This document shows, piece by piece, positions 1-7,472 of a stretch of 18,398 nt of DNA. The DNA comes from a virus: the UHGV virus genome UHGV-0313708; one strand, given 5' to 3'. Position numbers and translations under genes: made by a program. Below the pieces are notes generated by a model. That model saw only the letters and a list, made by a program, of their open reading frames with translations, was not told the origin of the DNA and did no database searches. Position 1 is the stretch's first letter. Each line of letters starts with the position of its first letter.

Positions 1-119
1 TCACCCCAGCCCCACCCAAAAACGAGACTAGAATTTTGAACATAGCGAGAGAAATTTTGAGTAAAAGGTTAAGAAAAATACATTCAAAATTAAACGATGG
101 ATTATGAATAAGAAACGAT
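1..119. repeat. Left inverted terminal repeat (119 bp, perfect)
   Basis: Bases 1-119 are exactly the reverse complement of 18280-18398. Identity breaks at base 120 (a, versus c expected from the complement of g at 18279). The 5' end is GC-rich with reiterated C tracts (TCACCCCAGCCCCACCC) in an AT-rich genome. Confidence 0.9.
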
Positions 120-146
120 ACAAATTTATACATTTATTTATTTTTA

Positions 147-155
147 TGTTATAAT
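147..155 (+). promoter_or_regulatory. Left-end rightward promoter, extended -10 TGtTATAAT (weak -35 TATACA at 127-132)
   Basis: There is a perfect TGnTATAAT match about 57 nt upstream of the first + strand ATG (212). It lies just inside the unique region after the ITR. The predicted TSS is about 162. Confidence 0.5.
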
Positions 156-161
156 TGAAAC

Positions 162-178
162 AAGCAAATTATTTGCTT
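162..178. promoter_or_regulatory. 17-bp perfect palindrome AAGCAAAT-T-ATTTGCTT at the predicted +1 of the left promoter (operator or 5' stem-loop)
   Basis: Arms 162-169 and 171-178 are exact reverse complements. The palindrome sits immediately downstream of the -10 at 150-155. Confidence 0.35.
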
Positions 179-211
179 AATTATTTTTAAAAAATAAAGA
201 GGTGTAAATAA

Positions 212-535
212 ATGGCAGAAGAAGAAAAAATTATTAAAGAAGAACCAACGAATGAAGAAACAGAACAACCAGAAAAAATAGAAAGTGCAGAAGATGTTGT
301 CACTGAACCTGAAAAAGAAGTGACTGAAGAAAAATCAGAAGCTTTTGTACAATTAGAACAACGTGTCACTGCTTTAGAACAAAGATTAAATAATCAAGAA
401 GCACAACCACAACCAACGGGTGAATCTAGTGACCCAAATTTTGAAGATAAAACATCACCTACTGAAGTTGATGACGACCAAGAAACAGATGGTATTGAAT
501 CAAGTGAAGAAATCAAACAAATGTTAAATTTATAA
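212..535 (+). CDS. Highly acidic coiled-coil protein, 107 aa; candidate scaffolding, head-fibre or inner-core protein
   Basis: ATG preceded by AAAGAGGTG 7 nt upstream. The protein is Glu/Asp-rich with a central heptad-like segment (FVQLEQRVTALEQRLNNQEAQ). It lies immediately upstream of the capsid gene, as gene 7 does in phi29. Confidence 0.6.
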   Translation: MAEEEKIIKEEPTNEETEQPEKIESAEDVVTEPEKEVTEEKSEAFVQLEQRVTALEQRLNNQEAQPQPTGESSDPNFEDKTSPTEVDDDQETDGIESSEEIKQMLNL

Positions 536-547
536 GGAGTGATAAAA

Positions 548-739
548 ATGGCAAACTTTGATGGAAATGAAATGCGTGGTATGACACATGCCAATTATGA
601 AGATTCACGTTTGAATAAATCAAGAGAATTAAATGCAAATATGAGTATTGCAACATCAAAATCAGAAGATAAATACGGTAGACAAGTTCATTCATTGACA
701 AAACAAACTTATAGTGATGATTCAACACAAGAAGTATAG
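548..739 (+). CDS. Small hydrophilic protein, 63 aa; unknown, possibly a minor head protein
   Basis: ATG at 548 with AGGAG 8 nt upstream. The ORF-track start at 539 is a GTG with no SD. It sits between the acidic protein and the capsid gene. Confidence 0.45.
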   Translation: MANFDGNEMRGMTHANYEDSRLNKSRELNANMSIATSKSEDKYGRQVHSLTKQTYSDDSTQEV

Positions 740-751
740 GAGGAGTAAATA

Positions 752-1969
752 ATGGCAGATAAAAAGACAGATATACCTACTTTAATTGCAGATTCAACAA
801 AAGCGTCATTGCAAGATTTTAACCATGATTATGGTAAGCAATGGACTTTTGGTGAGAATTGGTCAAACGTCAATACAATGTTTGAAACATATGTAAATAA
901 ATACCTATTCCCTAAAATCAATGAAACATTACTCATTGATATTGCTTTAGGAAATCGTTTCAACTGGTTAGCAAAAGAACAAGACTTTATCGGACAATAT
1001 TCAGAAGAATATGTGATTATGGATACAATACCAATTGAAATGAATTTATCTAAATCAGAAGAATTAATGTTAAAACGTAATTATCCACAAATGGCAACAC
1101 GTTTATATGGTTCAGGAATCGTTAAAAAACAAAAATTCACACTAAATAATAATGATGTACGTTTTAATTTCCAAACATTAGGCGACGCTACAAATTACGC
1201 TTTAGGTGTATTACGTAAAAAGATTTCAGATATTAATGTTCAAGAAGAAAAAGAAATACGTGCAATGATGGTTGATTATGCAATTAATCAATTACAAGAT
1301 TCAAACCGTCGTACTGCTTCATCAAAAGAAGATTTAACAGAACGTGTATTTGAAGCTATTTTAAATATGCAAAATAACAGTGCAAAATACAACGAAGTAC
1401 ACAAAGCGTCAGGTGGTTCAGTAGGTCAATATACGACTGTTTCAAAATTAAGTGATATTGCAATTTTAACAACTGATTCACTCAAGTCATATTTACTTGA
1501 TACAAAAATTGCGAATACTTTCCAAATGGCAGGCATTGACTTCACAGACCATATCATCAGTTTTGATGATTTAGGTGGTGTATATAAAACAACAAAAGAT
1601 GTTACTTTAGCAAATGAAGATACAATCAATTATTTACGTGCTTTTGGTGATTATCAAGCTATGATTGGTGATGTTATCCCTACGGGTTCAGTATTTACAT
1701 TTAATGTATCTGATTTAAAAGAATTTAAAGGAAACATTGAAGAAATCAAGCCACAGGGTGAATTGTTTGCGTTTATTTTTGATATTAATGCACTTAAATA
1801 TAAACGTAATACTAAAGGCATGTTAAAAGAACCATTTTATAATGGTGAATTTGATGAGGTTACACACTGGATTCATTATTACTCATTCAAAGCTATCTCA
1901 CCATTCTTTAATAAAATCTTAATTACAGAAGCACCAAAGGAACAACCTGACGCAGGTGCAACAGAATAA
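752..1969 (+). CDS. Major capsid protein, 405 aa
   Basis: Strong RBS AGGAGGAG before ATG. It is the largest head-region ORF directly upstream of portal and lower collar, matching the P68/Andhra-type order. The size fits picovirus capsid proteins. Confidence 0.7.
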   Translation: MADKKTDIPTLIADSTKASLQDFNHDYGKQWTFGENWSNVNTMFETYVNKYLFPKINETLLIDIALGNRFNWLAKEQDFIGQYSEEYVIMDTIPIEMNLSKSEELMLKRNYPQMATRLYGSGIVKKQKFTLNNNDVRFNFQTLGDATNYALGVLRKKISDINVQEEKEIRAMMVDYAINQLQDSNRRTASSKEDLTERVFEAILNMQNNSAKYNEVHKASGGSVGQYTTVSKLSDIAILTTDSLKSYLLDTKIANTFQMAGIDFTDHIISFDDLGGVYKTTKDVTLANEDTINYLRAFGDYQAMIGDVIPTGSVFTFNVSDLKEFKGNIEEIKPQGELFAFIFDINALKYKRNTKGMLKEPFYNGEFDEVTHWIHYYSFKAISPFFNKILITEAPKEQPDAGATE

Positions 1970-1988
1970 TAAAGGAGGCTTTTAGACC

Positions 1989-2996
1989 ATGAATTATTTA
2001 GATAATGATTTTATCGGAAAAAATAATAATGGTGGTTTAAAAGTTGAATTGCCAGAAGATATTGACCGACGAATTATGGAACATAGAAACCGATTTCGTC
2101 GGTTAATTTTTAATCGTTACGTTGAATTTTTACCACTACTTATTAATTACACCAATCAAAAAAGTGTTGGTATTGACTTTTTACAACTTGAGATTGCATT
2201 AAGACAAGGGTATCAAGTTGTGGTTGGTAAAGCTAGAAATGGTGTCATTATGATATTAGGGTATATTCAATCTATGTATTATAAAAATAGTAACGATTTT
2301 ATCAATAACTTCAATTTAACTTTTAACAGACGATTAACTCAAGATGATATTACATTTATCATTCCAGAATATTTAAGACCAGAATATGCGTTAGAAATTG
2401 AATACTATGATAATTGCCAAAGTGGTGATTTTATTGTATTACGCAATAAACCTATTAATTTAAATAATGATTATCAAATTATAGAACATTATTGTGATGA
2501 GTTAGCAGAAATTATATTAAGTCGTTTTTCACTTATTATGCAATCTAAATTTAGTAAAATATTTTTATCTGATATTCAAGATGAAACAATAAACCAATTT
2601 ATTAATAAATTGTATAATGGTGCACCTTTTATTAAAACAGATCATTATATTGATCCTGATGAAGATATCATTGATTTGGGTAGTGATTTTGTAACTACTG
2701 CTTTAGTTGAGATGAAAAGAGAGTATCAAAACAAAGTCAGTGAGTTATCAAATTTCTTAGGTGTCAATTCACTTGCAGTAGATAAAGAAAGTGGTGTCAG
2801 TGATACTGAAGCAAAATCAAACCGTTCATTTACTACATCAAATAGTAATATTTATTTAAGAGGTCGCTTCCCTTTTGAAATGTTGAACCGTCGATTCAAT
2901 TTAGATATTCATGCCTATTACGATGATGAAGCTATTTCTGAAATGGATATTATGAACCTAAAAACTGATAATTTTGGTGGTGGTTCGAGTGAGTAA
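1989..2996 (+). CDS. Portal (upper collar/connector) protein, 335 aa
   Basis: RBS AAAGGAGG. Size is close to phi29 gp10 (309 aa). The N-terminal basic region RNRFRRLIFNRYVEFLPLLINY resembles the phi29 connector N-terminus RNRWFIHYLNYLQSLAY. Confidence 0.7.
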   Translation: MNYLDNDFIGKNNNGGLKVELPEDIDRRIMEHRNRFRRLIFNRYVEFLPLLINYTNQKSVGIDFLQLEIALRQGYQVVVGKARNGVIMILGYIQSMYYKNSNDFINNFNLTFNRRLTQDDITFIIPEYLRPEYALEIEYYDNCQSGDFIVLRNKPINLNNDYQIIEHYCDELAEIILSRFSLIMQSKFSKIFLSDIQDETINQFINKLYNGAPFIKTDHYIDPDEDIIDLGSDFVTTALVEMKREYQNKVSELSNFLGVNSLAVDKESGVSDTEAKSNRSFTTSNSNIYLRGRFPFEMLNRRFNLDIHAYYDDEAISEMDIMNLKTDNFGGGSSE

Positions 2997-3825
2997 ATAT
3001 ACAACAACGCTATATGAAATCATTGAAAGTGAATTGCAGCATTTAGGACTCAATGAATTTGTTAATAACGATAGAATACATTTTAATGATTCAAAACATG
3101 CGTTTATGCAAAAGATGTTATATTTTGATGATGATGTAAAAGAAATTGTTGATAATATCTTTTTTAAAGGTTTCATGTTTAATGATGAACGTATTGATCG
3201 TTATTTTAAAGAAAGTTTTACATTACGTTTTTTATATCGCGAGATTGGTAGACAAACCGTTGAAGCGTTCGCAAGTCAAGTTTTATATATTACCATGACA
3301 CATGAGGATTACATTTATCGTGTATATGGTTCTGATATGTATAAATATATTGAACAAGTCACTGATACACAGTCACAAGACTTAGGTAAAGCGATAGAAA
3401 ATGCCATCGAACAAGGACAAACAAAAGACAGACAACAAGATAAAGGTCATGAAGAATATCAAGATTATGAAGACACCATTACAAAAAGTTTCGATGATAA
3501 TCGGACTGCAGAATCTACCCTACCCCAGTCACAAGTGAATATTGATGTAGATAATACAGTGCTTGATTATGCAGATACGAATACGATTTCAAGAGATAAA
3601 AATACCAGTGAAACCGTATCAGAAAAAAAAGGTACAAAAGATAATACGTTTGATTCATTAAGAAATGGTGAAAGTGATTCGAAACGTAATACTGAGTCAC
3701 AAAATGAAATGAATCGTACAGGTTTAACAAAACAATACTTAATTGATAACTTGCAAAAGTTATATTCAATGCGTGATACAATATTTAAAACATATGATAA
3801 AGAATGTTTTTTACACATATGGTAG
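2974..3825 (+). CDS. Lower collar protein, about 280 aa; non-ATG start
   Basis: There is no in-frame ATG near the 5' end. Candidate starts are TTG 2974 and GTG 2977, 2980 or 2989, behind a GGTGGTGG SD-like run and overlapping the portal stop. Size is close to phi29 gp11 (293 aa). A long Ser/Thr/Asp/Lys-rich hydrophilic insert fits a tube-lining loop. Confidence 0.6.
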   Translation: MVVVRVSKYTTTLYEIIESELQHLGLNEFVNNDRIHFNDSKHAFMQKMLYFDDDVKEIVDNIFFKGFMFNDERIDRYFKESFTLRFLYREIGRQTVEAFASQVLYITMTHEDYIYRVYGSDMYKYIEQVTDTQSQDLGKAIENAIEQGQTKDRQQDKGHEEYQDYEDTITKSFDDNRTAESTLPQSQVNIDVDNTVLDYADTNTISRDKNTSETVSEKKGTKDNTFDSLRNGESDSKRNTESQNEMNRTGLTKQYLIDNLQKLYSMRDTIFKTYDKECFLHIW

Positions 3826-3836
3826 GAGGATAAGCT

Positions 3837-5666
3837 ATGTATATAAACAACGGAAGAATTAATTATGATAATGAATATGGTTATCGTCGAGGTGTCTATC
3901 GTGAACCTTTTTATAGTGACGCATCAGACTATAATACCAATTCAAAATCATATTATGATTACTTAGCACGTTTTAATGGATTTATTTTTGAATTATGTGA
4001 TTTTGTCAATGGACTTGCTGATGATATACAACATATGAAAGAGACGTATGATGCATTAACATTATCCAATAAAGATGTCACATATACAGTCGGTCAAGAA
4101 GGTGATTTTGATACACTCAATCATTGTTTTGAACATATTGAAGATTTAATTGTGCAGCCGAAATCCATACGTGTCATTTTACTTAAAGATTACAAGATGG
4201 GCGAACAATTATTCTTACGTGATAAACGTTATAATCATATTACGATTACATCAGAAAATGATATTGTCGAAGCCTATGAAACAGAATTAAATAAACAAGT
4301 TGAAATAAAAACAAATCCTATTTTTAGAGTAAAACCACTATTTTATGGTCTTAATTCAACATTTCCTAAAATTGATTTTAAACTTCAAAACAAAGATTTT
4401 TCAGATACCATTAATTGTGGTTTCTTAATGGATAATACAACGTTTGAAATGACTGAACGTGGCGGTTCGACACATTTTAACTTTATAGGTTTATGCGGTG
4501 TCAATGGTTCACATATTCAAGCTAACTATTGTGATTTTTCCTATAATGGAAATAGAGAGCAATTAGAAGAGTATAATAATGACCAAGATATGTACGGTGA
4601 CGGATTAAGAATATTTAATTCATCACTCACAGGTAACTATATGACCGTACACCGATGTGGTGAAATTGGTATTCATTTCTCACATGGTGCAAGTGGATAT
4701 ATTGATTATACGGAAGCACGTTTTAACGGGCATCATGGTTTAATGGTGACTACAGGTTCACAAGCCAGCGCAAGAAACTGTAAAATTACAGATACCATTG
4801 ATGATAACGTGGTAAGTTATGCTTCAAGTGATATTGATTTAAGATATTCAGATTGTTCAAATTCACAAACAACGTACGGGTGTATTGCAACACGTTCATC
4901 AAACATTAACTTTGATAAAGGAATTGCCAATGGTTGTGGTGCAAGTGGCATCATGGCAAATAGAGGTTGTTCTATTGATGCTACAGGTGCAACAGCTTCA
5001 CGTAATCACTGGCATGGTGTCATTGCAAGTAATAACTCAAAAGTTGATTTCACAAGTGGTAATGCTAATGAGAATGGACTTGATGGCATACAATGTACAC
5101 ATGGTTCAACGGTACAAGCGAGATTATCAACAACCAATGGTAATAAACGTAATGGTGTACTTGCCTATGCAGGTGATGTTTATTGTCAATTGATTAATTG
5201 TGACGGAAATGGTCGTCGTGGTTTAGAATCAACACGTGGTGGTTATGTTGCTGCATATGGTGCAAAAGTGTCACGTTCAAAAGATGATAACGTACTTGCT
5301 TATGGTTCAGTGATTTCTATTAACGAAGCCGTCATTGAACGTGCAGGTCGTAATGGTATTGAAGCGACACGTGGTGGACAAATATTTGCTGATAGAATAA
5401 CCATTACAGGTAGTGGTGATTATGGTATTTTATCTTATGCGTCTAAAGTTTTTGCTGAAGCGTCAAACATTAGTGGTACTAAAAATGAACCTGTCTATGC
5501 GACACGTGGTGGTGAAATCACTTGTTATGGTTCAAATATTTTGAGTAACAAAACAGTCTATAACGTGTATAATGGTAGTAGGATATTTACAGATAAAGAT
5601 CATAAATATTCTACAAATATTGAACCAAATACAATGGATAGTAAAGGGTTCATTATACAAGGGTAG
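3837..5666 (+). CDS. Tail fibre / pre-neck appendage protein with right-handed beta-helix repeats, 609 aa
   Basis: RBS AGGAGG. The C-terminal half carries repeated rungs with the motif x-A-T-R-G-G (ESTRGGYVAAYG, EATRGGQIFADR, YATRGGEITCYG) and many Gly/Asn/Ser turns, typical of pectin-lyase-fold tailspikes. Its position after the lower collar matches phi29 gene 12. Confidence 0.65.
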   Translation: MYINNGRINYDNEYGYRRGVYREPFYSDASDYNTNSKSYYDYLARFNGFIFELCDFVNGLADDIQHMKETYDALTLSNKDVTYTVGQEGDFDTLNHCFEHIEDLIVQPKSIRVILLKDYKMGEQLFLRDKRYNHITITSENDIVEAYETELNKQVEIKTNPIFRVKPLFYGLNSTFPKIDFKLQNKDFSDTINCGFLMDNTTFEMTERGGSTHFNFIGLCGVNGSHIQANYCDFSYNGNREQLEEYNNDQDMYGDGLRIFNSSLTGNYMTVHRCGEIGIHFSHGASGYIDYTEARFNGHHGLMVTTGSQASARNCKITDTIDDNVVSYASSDIDLRYSDCSNSQTTYGCIATRSSNINFDKGIANGCGASGIMANRGCSIDATGATASRNHWHGVIASNNSKVDFTSGNANENGLDGIQCTHGSTVQARLSTTNGNKRNGVLAYAGDVYCQLINCDGNGRRGLESTRGGYVAAYGAKVSRSKDDNVLAYGSVISINEAVIERAGRNGIEATRGGQIFADRITITGSGDYGILSYASKVFAEASNISGTKNEPVYATRGGEITCYGSNILSNKTVYNVYNGSRIFTDKDHKYSTNIEPNTMDSKGFIIQG

Positions 5667-5687
5667 AATCTTTCTACCCTTTTTATT
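5660..5687 (+). terminator. Intrinsic terminator after the tail-fibre gene
   Basis: Stem GGGTAGA (5661-5667) / TCTACCC (5673-5679), 5-nt loop, followed by TTTTTATT. The tail-fibre stop codon TAG lies in the 5' arm. Confidence 0.6.
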
Positions 5688-5705
5688 AAAAATGGAGGCG
5701 ATGTA

Positions 5706-6623
5706 ATGAGTAAGAAAAAAATAGGGACATGGAATGGTGTTCCCGTTTATACGGACTTCTTACCTTTTGGTACAAGACGTACAGGACAAAAACTAACAAC
5801 AGGACAACCACGTTTTGCAGTATTTCATGACACAGGTAATCCAGATACCACAGCACAAGATAATGTAAACTACTATAGAAATACGTATAATATTGATTGG
5901 GCAATGGTTGCAAGCGCACATGTATTTGTTGATGATAAAGAAGCGATTATTTGTATTCCAGTGACAGAGAAAGCATGGCATGTGTTATATGATACACCAA
6001 CAGATAATGCTTGGTATGGCGTTGATGCTAATGATGGTGCGTTTGGTGTTGAAGCATGTTACTTTAAAAATAAAGAACGTTCAATGAAAGCATTGGATAA
6101 TGCGTGTCGTGTGATGGCAACTTTATGTAAATCTTGGGACATTAATCCTAAAAATGAAATGCCAGGTCATCAAGATATTCAAGCAGATAAACAAGACCCA
6201 GGTAATATATTATCAGCATGTGGTTACGGACGACGTGATATGAAAGTCATTGATAATTTAGTTGTTGGTTACATGAAAGGTAAACAATTAACAGAATCAA
6301 AAAAACAACCTAAAACAATTTTCAATTGGAATGGAAAATTTACAACACATAAAACCAATAAAGAACCGATTGTCGTAAGAAAACAACCAGGTTTAAAAGG
6401 TACAATGGTTGATAAAAATTCTTGGATATATCCTAATCAATATATCAAATTTGACCAAATCATTAAAAAAGATGGTTATTGGTGGTTAGGTATTTATTAC
6501 CAACAAAAAGGTGCAAGCAAAAATAGATTTTACATGCCAGTTGGAAAAATTGAAGATAAACAAGAAAAGATTCTCAATGAAAAACATCTTTGGGGAAAAT
6601 TGGAGGTTGAAAAACGTGGCTAG
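5706..6623 (+). CDS. Endolysin: N-acetylmuramoyl-L-alanine amidase (Amidase_2/PGRP-like) with C-terminal SH3b-type cell-wall-binding domain, 305 aa
   Basis: RBS GGAGG 7 nt before ATG. N-terminal FAVFHDTGNPDT and AWHV His motifs, then GHQDIQADKQDPG, give an AmpD-like His/His/Asp zinc site. The C-terminal GYWWLGIYYQQKGASKNRFYMPVGKIED resembles SH3_5 domains of staphylococcal lysins. Confidence 0.75.
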   Translation: MSKKKIGTWNGVPVYTDFLPFGTRRTGQKLTTGQPRFAVFHDTGNPDTTAQDNVNYYRNTYNIDWAMVASAHVFVDDKEAIICIPVTEKAWHVLYDTPTDNAWYGVDANDGAFGVEACYFKNKERSMKALDNACRVMATLCKSWDINPKNEMPGHQDIQADKQDPGNILSACGYGRRDMKVIDNLVVGYMKGKQLTESKKQPKTIFNWNGKFTTHKTNKEPIVVRKQPGLKGTMVDKNSWIYPNQYIKFDQIIKKDGYWWLGIYYQQKGASKNRFYMPVGKIEDKQEKILNEKHLWGKLEVEKRG

Positions 6624-7413
6624 TAAATTTGTAAGAAGTGTTAAAGATATATATCATTTAGAAAATTTTAATACAAATCTTGTTGATGAAAATGATATAT
6701 TATCAACGATTGATGGTGACGTATACATTTATACAAAAGACGGTTTTCTTCATTTAGAAAGTATTGAGCCTTTGCAAGATGAAGTTCAAGAAGTACAAGA
6801 AAAATTATCAGACAATGAACAACGTATTTATAATAATGAAGAAAAGATAAAAAAGGTAGAATTTTTACCAGATGAAGTACAAGAAGTTCAAGAAAAACTA
6901 TCTGATAATGAAAAACGTATCTATGATAATGAACAAAAACTTGATTCAATCAATATCGACGAATTGAAACAAGAACAAAAAACGTTAAACGAAAAGATAG
7001 ACGAAAAGATAGAAGAAACAAATAAAAAAATTCAATCGAATACGGAAAAAATCAATGGTATTACTATTGAAGATACAGGTTGGCAAAATATCAAAATCAC
7101 AGGTAGTGGGTTAATACCACATACCGACCCACCACAATATCGAATTACTAACGTAAAAGGCATTAAAACAGTTGCTTTACGTGGTGCAGTAAAAGGGTAT
7201 AAAGGTGATTCTATTACAGTAGGAAAAATACCTATCAATGGTGAGTTCACAAATCCACATTACTATGTTCAAAATACAAGTAAAAAATCAGGTTCAATTT
7301 ACTACACAAGAATTAAAATTATGCGTGCAGGTGATGTTGTTATTGAGGGAACAACCTACCCTAGTCCAACAGGCGATGAGTGGTGTCCAATTAATACCGT
7401 ATTTATGGATTAA
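6616..7413 (+). CDS. Coiled-coil tail-tip / spike (needle-like) protein candidate, 265 aa from GTG (300 aa if the ATG at 6511 is used)
   Basis: GGAGG at 6602-6606 sits 9 nt before the in-frame GTG at 6616, which overlaps the lysin stop (GTGGCTAG). Alternative ATGs at 6577 and 6511 lack an SD and lie deep inside the lysin gene. The N-terminal part has two 31-aa heptad-rich tandem repeats and the C-terminal 120 aa are beta-rich (WCPINTVFMD). Confidence 0.55.
   Translation: MASKFVRSVKDIYHLENFNTNLVDENDILSTIDGDVYIYTKDGFLHLESIEPLQDEVQEVQEKLSDNEQRIYNNEEKIKKVEFLPDEVQEVQEKLSDNEKRIYDNEQKLDSINIDELKQEQKTLNEKIDEKIEETNKKIQSNTEKINGITIEDTGWQNIKITGSGLIPHTDPPQYRITNVKGIKTVALRGAVKGYKGDSITVGKIPINGEFTNPHYYVQNTSKKSGSIYYTRIKIMRAGDVVIEGTTYPSPTGDEWCPINTVFMD
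6772..6957 (+). repeat. Tandem direct repeat, 2 x 93 nt (about 84% identical), encoding two 31-aa coiled-coil units
   Basis: LQDEVQEVQEKLSDNEQRIYNNEEKIKKVEF (6772-6864) is followed at once by LPDEVQEVQEKLSDNEKRIYDNEQKLDSINI (6865-6957). Confidence 0.85.
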
Positions 7414-7417
7414 ATTA

Positions 7418-7426
7418 TGATATAAT
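7418..7426 (+). promoter_or_regulatory. Internal late promoter, extended -10 TGaTATAAT, overlapping the terminator upstream of the tail-knob gene
   Basis: Perfect TGnTATAAT in the 59-nt gap between the tail-tip gene (ends 7413) and the tail-knob gene (7473). The predicted TSS at about 7433 falls inside the terminator stem. Confidence 0.45.
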
Positions 7427-7453
7427 AGACACGTGAAAGCGTGTCTATTTTTA
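7425..7453 (+). terminator. Intrinsic terminator after the tail-tip gene
   Basis: Stem TAGACACG (7426-7433) / CGTGTCTA (7440-7447), loop TGAAAG, followed by TTTTT (7448-7452). Confidence 0.6.
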
Positions 7454-7472
7454 CATATAAGGAGGTTATTTT

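Noticed and set aside
1-24. GC-rich terminal block as a sequencing adapter or cloning artefact
   Set aside because: It does not resemble common Illumina, Nextera, 454, Ion or SMRTbell adapter sequences that I know. It is internally reiterated in a way typical of protein-primed origins. I cannot exclude it without the raw reads, so it is kept as a caveat in the finding.
120-211. phi29-style pRNA gene in end-proximal non-coding DNA (120-211 or 18163-18279)
   Set aside because: Each end has only about 90-120 nt of unique non-coding DNA, mostly occupied by a promoter and RBS. That leaves no room for a 120-170-nt structured RNA. The only free-standing candidate transcript is at 11091-11198, which is reported as a finding.
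187-728. Minus-strand ORFs 187..369, 394..594, 513..728 and plus-strand 539 (GTG) start
   Set aside because: They are antisense to or overlapping the acidic-protein and 63-aa genes, have no RBS, and show low-complexity Ser/Thr or Leu/Ile composition typical of antisense AT-rich coding DNA.
2974-2996. Programmed frameshift or fusion between portal and lower-collar genes suggested by the 23-nt overlap
   Set aside because: No slippery heptamer is present. The overlap is better explained by a non-ATG start (GTG 2977-2989) behind the GGTGGTGG SD-like run.
1426-5981. Embedded ORFs 1426..1629(-), 2958..3176(-), 3515..3781(-), 3567..3818(-), 4885..5193(+), 5686..5919(-), 5793..5981(-)
   Set aside because: All lie inside well-supported capsid, collar, fibre or lysin genes in other frames or antisense, with no SD. 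I treat them as chance ORFs.
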